A stretch of DNA of 64,000 nt. Source: an uncultured Verrucomicrobiota bacterium (GTDB lineage: Bacteria > Verrucomicrobiota > Verrucomicrobiia > Limisphaerales > UBA1319). Of this stretch, positions 57,054-64,000 are shown in pieces (within the stretch, counting starts at the first letter, position 1; each line of letters opens with the position of its first letter). A model generated the notes under the pieces. That model saw only the letters and a list, made by a program, of their open reading frames with translations, did no database searches and was not told the origin of the DNA. Position numbers and translations under genes: made by a program. The DNA lies in NCBI GenBank assembly GCA_964458325.1, contig CAYWIM010000001.1, positions 76,962 through 140,961 of the forward strand, written 5' to 3'.

Positions 57054-59761
57054 ACGGCATTGTCGGCATTGGCATTGACCTCACCCAGCACGTTCCGCTG
57101 GTGAGCTTTGCCGTGTGTCCAGCCGCTCTGCGGGCAGACGACACAATGGATGCCCAGATTCTCGCAAACCAGTGGCCACCAAAACTGGAACTTGCCGGAG
57201 TGTTCCATCCGCATGTGCCTTGTGCTGTTCTGCCTGTGCACTCGGGGGAGCCGCTGCTCATCGGGGATGCGGCTGCAATCCATCGCCGGTCCTCTGGCCT
57301 CCCATGGCCACCGGAAGCCCAAGTGCCTTATGGCAACGACACCAGTTTCGGATTTGGGCGGGTGCCATTAGCAGCAGCATGGAGTGCGCTGCTGCCCCAA
57401 GCCGATGAAAAGGAGTCCCTAACCCATCGTAGCGATCACGCGTTCAAGTGGTCTCCAGAAAAACGAGAATACACATCTTATGCTGGCACCATTTTGGCTT
57501 CAAGCATCAAGGCTTTTCTCGCTGCCGCCCGAGTCCCTATTTCATCCCGGCTGACAACGATCGTGGTTCCTGATGCTCTCGATGAGGCCGGGCAGCAAAT
57601 TCTCCTCGAGAGCCTTGCCCAGGTTGGCATGGCTGCCGACAACCTCCATTTGTTGCCCAGGCCGCTGGCTGTGGCCTTGAATTGGTGCAGCACTGCCAAG
57701 GAACCAGTGGGAGTTGCCGACGAGGTCGAGGCGGGCACACCAATCGGCCGTTTGCGAGTGCTGACAACTGCGCTCGACCTTTGGGAAGCCGTCTCTCTGG
57801 AACTCCGGGTTCGCTCCCACGCCGGGCGAACTTGGCTTTTGCCTGTTCGCGATCGTGCCAGGCTGAACGCGGCCTTGCCGGAGCTTCAAACACCCGGTCT
57901 GAGCTTCGCTATAGCCCTCGCACGTGCCGAAGACAATGGTGCTCATCTTCATTGGTGGCACCGTCTTTTCGCCAGCGATTGGCTCACCCAACGTCTTGCC
58001 GCTGCGCGGGATCTCTCATCTGAGGAGATTCAAAGTCTTCGCGAGATTCGTTCCTCACGGCCCCCGGAAACATTGCGTGAGCAACTTGAACAAATCGAAG
58101 TGCTTAGACCCATCACGACGCGCCTTTTCCGCGATACCCCGTCCCTTCGTGACGATGTGGCTCGCAAATGGCAGGCCCAGGAGCGCCAAGTCGGTTTCGC
58201 GAACTATCCCTGCAAAGCGGTGTTAGCGGATGGAGCCCTATCCTCGCTCAGGATGGAGCGCGGCATTCCTCTTGGGCAATTCGTCGTGCAGCATGACGGC
58301 GATCCTCACTCACCCGATTGGCTTGCGGGATACACCGCCGCCGTTCACGGTGCCGCGCTCGCTGCAGCCGCCATTGGGTCCGGCCTGCCGTGCTACCGCG
58401 AGACATTATTGCCGCTGGACCTCTATGTCTTCGCAAAAAATGATTACGGCGATCTTATCCCGCAATGGCGAGAACTGGTTAAAACGGAAAGCGTTGAGGC
58501 AGGAAGAACATGGAAATGCCCAGCACCCGTCGTCGGCCTTCAAATCCGCGAAAAACAAGACCGACTTCGAGTGCTTCTTCGGCGAAAACTTGCAGGCACC
58601 GCACCATTTCGGCAAGTTACTTCAGAGCTATTAAAACCAGCTCCCAATGACGAGCCCGTTCAAATAAATATTGAGGTAAGGCCGGGCCAGGGTTTCGCCC
58701 AAGTTCGCATTGACTCCCTCACTCCAGGCTTGTTTGCCAGTCGTCTTGACTGGCGTACGATGGCCAAGTGCGATGAACCAAAGTGTCCGCCACTCGCATA
58801 CATTCCTGGTGTTTCTCGGATAATTCCGGACCGCGAGATGTTCGATCGTGCCCAAAGCACTCTGGAGGAGGTGCTACTGGCGCTCGTGAGAAACAGCCCG
58901 GTGGTTAGGCAGCGGCTTCGCGAGGCTATCAAACTGCTAAACAAGTGGCCGCTTGCGCATAACGTGGAGCAGTCCAGGGGGCACACGATGGCCAAAGATT
59001 TTATGATTCATTACGGCGTCATCGGCTCAGAGGGGCGCTTGGATGCTTTGCCTTCTCCCGAGCTCGCACGCAGCCTTCGGAACGCCATTGGCGAAAAATT
59101 TGCTTCATTGGTCAGGCGAGGTGCTGTATCCTCGCCCTTAGGTAATTCTTTGCTCCGAATCGCGGGATGGTTCTACATCGCTATTCCAGATGAATGCCTT
59201 ACCTTTCTTCGGTCAAGGCTTCCCAAGTCATCAGAAGATAGTGTCATGCTGTCGGCAGTTGAGCTTCACGCCATCGGGTTATCCTTGTCACAACCCAGCG
59301 ACACAAGCCGGTTTTTCCCTGTATGCACTCAGGCATTAAGAAGCCCTAAGGCCAAGCCCAACAATTATCTCCGTGCAGTCCGCAACATTTGTCGCTTCCG
59401 GAACGACGCTTTGAGCCCGGCGACAATATCTGATGCAGTGCTAAACCAGCTTGTAGATGAGTTGTTTGAAATAATGCGCAGACATCTTGTTAAAGGGGGT
59501 TTCGCACCTCGTATTGTAGCAAATTGTTTAGAAACGTTGCTATTTTTGCTTAAGCGTCGGCGTTACGATGCTGGTTTCCTTGCGCCGACCTCTTCCCTTG
59601 CCGGATCTTTAATTCACTTCCTCGAAAGAGTGAGCAAGTATCATAACTGGCGGCTGCCGCCACGGTTGCAGCAAGTAGGCCAAACCACGGTGAGATTCCT
59701 CAAGATGGAAGGAACGCTCACCGACTTGGAAGACCTCTTAAGCGATGATCAGGAGCTGTAA
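57050..59761 (+). CDS. Hsp70/actin-fold (ASKHA)-like protein with beta-rich and long helical C-terminal regions (island gene 5)
   Basis: It makes an ATGA overlap with gene 4. IVGIGIDL (57065-) resembles phosphate-1. TIVVPDALDEAGQQILLESLAQVGM..NLHLLPRPLAVALNW (57560-) parallels Hsp70 ITVPAYFNDAQRQATKDAG.IAGL.V.RIINEPTAAALAY. LDLWEAVS stands in place of DLGGGTFD, and AAVHGAALAAAAIG (58340-) parallels EAVA.GAA. About 450 further aa follow. Confidence 0.55.
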   Translation: MNGIVGIGIDLTQHVPLVSFAVCPAALRADDTMDAQILANQWPPKLELAGVFHPHVPCAVLPVHSGEPLLIGDAAAIHRRSSGLPWPPEAQVPYGNDTSFGFGRVPLAAAWSALLPQADEKESLTHRSDHAFKWSPEKREYTSYAGTILASSIKAFLAAARVPISSRLTTIVVPDALDEAGQQILLESLAQVGMAADNLHLLPRPLAVALNWCSTAKEPVGVADEVEAGTPIGRLRVLTTALDLWEAVSLELRVRSHAGRTWLLPVRDRARLNAALPELQTPGLSFAIALARAEDNGAHLHWWHRLFASDWLTQRLAAARDLSSEEIQSLREIRSSRPPETLREQLEQIEVLRPITTRLFRDTPSLRDDVARKWQAQERQVGFANYPCKAVLADGALSSLRMERGIPLGQFVVQHDGDPHSPDWLAGYTAAVHGAALAAAAIGSGLPCYRETLLPLDLYVFAKNDYGDLIPQWRELVKTESVEAGRTWKCPAPVVGLQIREKQDRLRVLLRRKLAGTAPFRQVTSELLKPAPNDEPVQINIEVRPGQGFAQVRIDSLTPGLFASRLDWRTMAKCDEPKCPPLAYIPGVSRIIPDREMFDRAQSTLEEVLLALVRNSPVVRQRLREAIKLLNKWPLAHNVEQSRGHTMAKDFMIHYGVIGSEGRLDALPSPELARSLRNAIGEKFASLVRRGAVSSPLGNSLLRIAGWFYIAIPDECLTFLRSRLPKSSEDSVMLSAVELHAIGLSLSQPSDTSRFFPVCTQALRSPKAKPNNYLRAVRNICRFRNDALSPATISDAVLNQLVDELFEIMRRHLVKGGFAPRIVANCLETLLFLLKRRRYDAGFLAPTSSLAGSLIHFLERVSKYHNWRLPPRLQQVGQTTVRFLKMEGTLTDLEDLLSDDQEL

Positions 59762-59765
59762 TTCG

Positions 59766-62700
59766 ATGATAGGCCGCATCATTCAAACGCTTGCTCTTGC
59801 GCATGGTCCGCAGACTGCAGCAGAGGTTTGCGATTCCATGCGGCGTGGTGGTCTTAAAATAGAAAAGTATGAAGTTGTTCAACAATTGCGGCAACTTCAG
59901 AAAAGAGGAATCGTAAAGCTGGAAATAGTGAGATGGCGACTACTGCAAATGCCGAAAGAGACAGACTTTCTACCCGGCGAAAAGGTCAAAGAATCTGCTG
60001 GCTCGCTCCCTATAGGCAAAGATGGTGGCGCGTCGGTTTGGCAATCGAGCGCAAACACCGTAATCGTGGCGCCGCCGCAGATGCCGCCAGGGCGGTGGGA
60101 CTTGTTTCGGCGGTTCTGCCGCTACTACATGGACTGTCTTCTGCAGGAAGAGGCGCCGCAATTGCGGTGCTATGTCGACAATGAGGATGACACGTGGATC
60201 GTTGCACCGCAGGTTCCGTGGGCGAGGCTGAGTGCAAATGGAGGGTTTGCCATCCCACTGTCGCGCGAGCAGGCCGCGTTTCAACGCAATCGCGTGCGCC
60301 GGGGTGAGGAGGAGTGCATTTACCTATGCTACCCGGTCCTGCTTGTGAAGCCGAAGGAGACTTCGCGGTTCGTGGTCCCGCTGTTTGCACAGCCGATGCA
60401 GGCAGAATGGCACGGCGGCATCATGCATCTTCAACCCGATGGTCCGATCGCCGTCAATGGTGCGTGGCTCGAATACTCATTCCGTCAGCGAAAAGAGCGG
60501 GAGGCATTCCTTCGCGCCATGGGATTTTTGAACGACGCCGGGGCGGACGAGGAAGGCGAAGGGGTGTCAACCGGACCGAGAGATTTCGCACGGCTTGCTC
60601 AGGACGCAGCGCATTACATCCATGATGCCGCCCGTTTTGCCGAGGACATCCGGCCGTTTCAGCTCGGCCCGCCGCCGAACTGGGAGAAAGCGCAACCGGG
60701 TCTGTACAACACGGCCCTTCTGACCCTTGGCCCCCGACTGAAATACACCCGGAGCCTCCTGCGCGACCTGCGAGACATTTCTGAAAAATTCACCGACCAG
60801 GAATTGGACGGAACGGCTCTGGTGTCCCTTTTTCCGCATGACCCGGCACCGGCCGAGCCCCAGGTGCCGCCTCCGGCAACCGCCGAACCTTCGGTGCCGG
60901 CCGATACGCCTTTCTTTGCCGCTGAAGATCTTGCACAAACTCGCCTTCTTCATACCAGCCAGCGCGCGGCTGTCGTGAACTCGCTCGCGGAGAGAGTGTC
61001 CATGGTGACCGGTCCGCCTGGCACTGGCAAATCCGAAGTCGTGGCGGCAATGCTGCTAAATCATTTGCTCAGGGGACAGCCTGCGCTCTTTGCCAGCAAG
61101 AACCACCAGGCTCTTGACGCTGTTCTGCCCCGTCTGAATGCCGCTGTCGAAGGCGGCGATCTCATCATCCAGACTTCAAGCCGCGAACTCGCACAACGAC
61201 AGAATTATCTGGGCAAGCTGCAAAGTCTTCTGGCCCGTCCGTCTCGGCCCGATGCGGCGCGAGGCGACGGCTTCCGCCGCCAGCTTGCCGGTTCTTTTCA
61301 GGAGCAGCGCACAGCCCTCAGGGACATTGGCACGATTGAGCGCGCTCGGAGCGAGTATGAGGCGGTGAATGCAAAGCTCACTGAGCTGCGCAAAAGCCTG
61401 CCCTTTCACGCGCAATCGGATGAATGCATGGCCTCCTGGCCCGCCGCGATGTCCCCTGAACTCCTGGCCGAAGCGCAGACCGAGCTGCGCCTGGCGATGG
61501 CCCAGCCAGAAAACCTTCTCGAAAGGATCTGGCAATGGTTTCGAAGAACTCAAATTGAAGCCAGGCGCAAGGCGGCTCGAGCGCCATTCGAGGGGCTTCC
61601 ATCCCCGTTCGCCGACCGCAACCTGCCTGGCGCACAATCACCGGCAGAAGCGTGGGACGAATACTTTGGTATCTGGGGAACTTGGGCTGAAGCTGCCCGC
61701 GCCGCCGCGCTTGCGCGCAGTTGCGAGCAGCGCATTGCTCAATTGCCACAGGCCGAAGAATGTAATCGCCGGCTCGAACACGCCCAGCAGGCGATTGAAC
61801 GCCAGACCAGAGAGTGGATGGCCTGGGCGGCCGGCGGCTTGCCGAACGTGCTGTCGCCAGCGGACCGCGAATCGCTCGCAAACCTGCGTGCCGGCATCCA
61901 GAACTGGGGGCCGGACCGATTCGCCCGGGAACTCAAGAAACACTTCCAGCTCATTCTCCGCGCGTTTCCTTTATGGTCGGTCTCCAACCTTTCGGCGCGC
62001 AGCGCGATTCCCCTTGTGCCGGCACTGTTCGATCTTGTCATCATTGACGAGGCCAGCCAGTGCGACATCGCGTCCGTTGTCCCTTTGCTGGCCCGGAGCC
62101 GGAAGGCTGTTTTTGCCGGTGATCCCATGCAGTTGGCCCATGTCAGCACGCTGGGCGCGGCCGTCGAGCAAACCCTGCTCCAGCAATACGATCTCACGGA
62201 TGCGCAGGTGCAGCGGTTCACGTATCGCGTCAACAGCGCATTTGTCCTCGCGGATGCGAACGCGTCGATTCCTGAGAGCGCTCGGGTTCGCCTTGATCTC
62301 CATTTCCGATCGCATGGCCTCATCGCGGATTACTGCAATGATGCGTTCTATTCGAAGACGCTGAATGTCGTGACGCTTACTGAGCGCCTCAATGTTCCGC
62401 CGGGCCACCAGCCAGGAATCCACTGGACACATGTGGCCGGCACACTGAGACCGGGCCCGACCGGCGCGTGGTGTGCTGACGAGATCGAAATAATCGAGCG
62501 GGAGCTGCGCTTATTGGCCGCGAGCGGTTACCGAGGCACCATCGGTGTGGTTACGCCTTTCAGACAGCAAATGATCCATATCAGGGATACCTTCGATGCG
62601 AATGGAGCCCTCGCCCCCGATTTCATGGAGCGCGTGCGCTTTCTGGCCTCAACCGCTCATGGTTTCCAGGGTGACGAGCGTGACCTGATTCTATTCAGCC

Positions 62701-63278
62701 TTTGCGCGGGCCCGGAAATGCCCGAAGGCGCAACCATTTTTCTTCGCGAGAATCCCAATCTGTTCAATGTTGCCGTGTCTCGCGCCCGGGCCGTTCTGCA
62801 CGTGGTCGGCAACCGCGATTGGGCGCTCAACTGCGGGGTCCCGTTCATCGAAAAACTCGCGCGCCGCACTGTCCGTGGCGCTACGAGCGCACCTCCGAAT
62901 CCGCCGGAGCCTTACCAATCCCCGTGGGAGAAAACCCTTGCCGATGCCTTGGCTGAGGCCGGCATCAAAGCGATCCCACAATACCCCATTGCGGGGCGGT
63001 TTCTCGACTTGGCCATTCTCAGCCCCGTCAAGGTCGATGTGGAAGTGGACGGCGAATCTGTCCACCGGACCGCCGGCGGCGGGCGAAAGGACGACGATTA
63101 CTGGCGCGACCTGCAGCTCCAAAGCCTTGGCTGGAAGGTGTGCCGGTTCTGGGTGTATGAGCTTCGCGAAGACCTGGATCGTTGCATTCGAAGGTTGAAT
63201 ACAATGCTCAGTGAATCATTGAGGAGGCCGACCGGGAACGTGTTGCCGCAAGATGAAAACGAAAGCCGTACGCAATGA
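59766..63278 (+). CDS. SF1 (UPF1/DNA2-like, AAA_11/AAA_12) helicase with N-terminal winged-helix-like domain, large helical insertion and C-terminal Vsr/DUF559-like PD-(D/E)xK nuclease (island gene 6)
   Basis: The alternative ATG at 59745 overlaps gene 5 by 17 nt. Helicase motifs are: I GPPGTGKS (61011-61034), II DLVIIDEASQ (62031-), III VFAGDPMQL, HFRSH..IADYCNDAFY, IGVVTPFRQQ, TAHGFQGDERDLILFS and FNVAVSRAR. The C-terminus reads RFLDLAI...VDVEVDGESVH...DYWRDLQLQSLGWKVCRFW (about 62916-63203). Confidence 0.85.
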   Translation: MIGRIIQTLALAHGPQTAAEVCDSMRRGGLKIEKYEVVQQLRQLQKRGIVKLEIVRWRLLQMPKETDFLPGEKVKESAGSLPIGKDGGASVWQSSANTVIVAPPQMPPGRWDLFRRFCRYYMDCLLQEEAPQLRCYVDNEDDTWIVAPQVPWARLSANGGFAIPLSREQAAFQRNRVRRGEEECIYLCYPVLLVKPKETSRFVVPLFAQPMQAEWHGGIMHLQPDGPIAVNGAWLEYSFRQRKEREAFLRAMGFLNDAGADEEGEGVSTGPRDFARLAQDAAHYIHDAARFAEDIRPFQLGPPPNWEKAQPGLYNTALLTLGPRLKYTRSLLRDLRDISEKFTDQELDGTALVSLFPHDPAPAEPQVPPPATAEPSVPADTPFFAAEDLAQTRLLHTSQRAAVVNSLAERVSMVTGPPGTGKSEVVAAMLLNHLLRGQPALFASKNHQALDAVLPRLNAAVEGGDLIIQTSSRELAQRQNYLGKLQSLLARPSRPDAARGDGFRRQLAGSFQEQRTALRDIGTIERARSEYEAVNAKLTELRKSLPFHAQSDECMASWPAAMSPELLAEAQTELRLAMAQPENLLERIWQWFRRTQIEARRKAARAPFEGLPSPFADRNLPGAQSPAEAWDEYFGIWGTWAEAARAAALARSCEQRIAQLPQAEECNRRLEHAQQAIERQTREWMAWAAGGLPNVLSPADRESLANLRAGIQNWGPDRFARELKKHFQLILRAFPLWSVSNLSARSAIPLVPALFDLVIIDEASQCDIASVVPLLARSRKAVFAGDPMQLAHVSTLGAAVEQTLLQQYDLTDAQVQRFTYRVNSAFVLADANASIPESARVRLDLHFRSHGLIADYCNDAFYSKTLNVVTLTERLNVPPGHQPGIHWTHVAGTLRPGPTGAWCADEIEIIERELRLLAASGYRGTIGVVTPFRQQMIHIRDTFDANGALAPDFMERVRFLASTAHGFQGDERDLILFSLCAGPEMPEGATIFLRENPNLFNVAVSRARAVLHVVGNRDWALNCGVPFIEKLARRTVRGATSAPPNPPEPYQSPWEKTLADALAEAGIKAIPQYPIAGRFLDLAILSPVKVDVEVDGESVHRTAGGGRKDDDYWRDLQLQSLGWKVCRFWVYELREDLDRCIRRLNTMLSESLRRPTGNVLPQDENESRTQ

Positions 63279-63410
63279 GGTCATCACATCCAAATAGTTG
63301 ACAATGAGGCAGAGGGGATGAAACGGGGGTGCGGCGCGATCGCTGCGCGTCCGAATATCCAATGCCTGATATCAATTATTCAGATGCGCCCCCAACGATT
63401 CTCATTAACG

Positions 63411-63995
63411 CTAGGGCAGGGCGACTTCGACGGCGAAGAAGCAGACTGGCGTTTGAAGGGCATCGGCGGGGGTCTCGATGCTGACGCGCTCCCATTCGGA
63501 GTCGATGGCGGTGACGGAGGGTGTGCCAGCCATGGGGGTCCACGAACCCGAGCTCAGCGTGGTCGATTGTTTCGGGGTGTAGGTCACATCGCCATTCTTG
63601 CGCCGAACAAATTCGAAGCGAGCGACCGGCGCAGGACCTTGTCGATCGAGCCAAAGGACAGGCAGGCCGGAAACCCCAGTGCCGGGAGTTAGCCGGCGGT
63701 CATCCGGGCCGCTGCCGTTCATGTTGAAAGCGTATTTCAGTGCGTTCGGGATGCCGTCGCCATAGGGCGCCGCTGACGGGAGGGCATGGTTGCCGGTGAG
63801 GCCGGCTGCCTGGATCCAAAGCTGCCATCCATCGTTGGTGAGGCCGGATGCCAGGCGGAAGAAGACGGCTTCGCACCAGGAGATGGATGGCTCGATGTCC
63901 CAGGCGCCATCGCCCAGATAAGTGCTCGTGATATAGACCTGATTGGTGGCGTCGAGCCGGGTGATTTGTTCGCCGATGTTCGGCATTCGGCCCAC
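63411..63995 (-). CDS. C-terminal part of a hypothetical surface/secreted protein (N-terminus beyond window end)
   Basis: The ORF is open to the window edge. It contains WIQAAGLTGNHALPSAAPYGDGIPNALKYAFNMN, a motif common near the C-termini of large PVC surface proteins. I assigned no specific family. Confidence 0.45.
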   Translation of the reverse strand: MGRMPNIGEQITRLDATNQVYITSTYLGDGAWDIEPSISWCEAVFFRLASGLTNDGWQLWIQAAGLTGNHALPSAAPYGDGIPNALKYAFNMNGSGPDDRRLTPGTGVSGLPVLWLDRQGPAPVARFEFVRRKNGDVTYTPKQSTTLSSGSWTPMAGTPSVTAIDSEWERVSIETPADALQTPVCFFAVEVALP

Positions 63996-64000
63996 GATAT

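Noticed and set aside
63279-63410. Possible att site, terminator or promoter at the right edge of the island (contains TTGACA and GCGATCGC)
   Set aside because: I saw no matching repeat at the left boundary, no stem-loop with a T-tract, and no downstream plus-strand gene. The evidence is insufficient.

Overview
High-G+C bacterial chromosomal segment. My hand counts of single 60-nt lines give about 65-73% G+C. The gene content is typical of the PVC superphylum, most likely Verrucomicrobiota, which is an inference from LVIVD-repeat, PEP-CTERM and H-X9-DG prepilin-like proteins, an ECF sigma/Ser-Thr kinase pair and a Bat/MoxR operon. I saw no rRNA, tRNA, CRISPR array, transposase or integrase. 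Left to right, the window holds the following. (1) A partial LVIVD surface protein. (2) A larA-like / PaaK-like / DUF5069 cluster. (3) An EEP-family nuclease/phosphatase. (4) A frameshifted PA14 pseudogene. (5) A moxR-DUF58-DUF4381-batA-batB-batC-like operon. (6) A repeat-rich spacer and an AAA_14/DUF4143 ATPase. (7) A roughly 15 kb minus-strand type II secretion-like operon (gspE F G H I J K L M C D) that runs by overlapping stop/start codons into a histidine kinase and a sigma-54 response regulator. (8) GH5, glcD-like, DUF2007, a toxin-antitoxin relic, and mlaEFD. (9) Asp-box and PQQ-like beta-propeller proteins and an SDR. (10) A 261-bp nested inverted-repeat element and a PEP-CTERM protein. 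(11) panC, nadB, an MFS transporter, an ECF sigma + Ser/Thr kinase pair, gene relics, an H-X9-DG protein and a TIM-barrel isomerase. (12) At 51.7-63.3 kb, a compositionally distinct six-gene plus-strand operon, which is the stand-out feature. Its products are a divergent excisionase-type HTH, a membrane-anchored coiled-coil protein, a membrane-anchored coiled-coil McrB/AAA_5-like NTPase, a McrC/DUF2357-like protein with an apparently degenerate nuclease motif, a 903-aa Hsp70-fold-like protein, and an SF1 helicase fused to a Vsr/DUF559-like nuclease. I interpret it as a horizontally acquired Type IV restriction-derived defence system. From memory it resembles the computationally described CoCoNuT class, but it has features I do not recall being described. 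All functional calls come from reading motifs in the supplied translations; no database search was possible.
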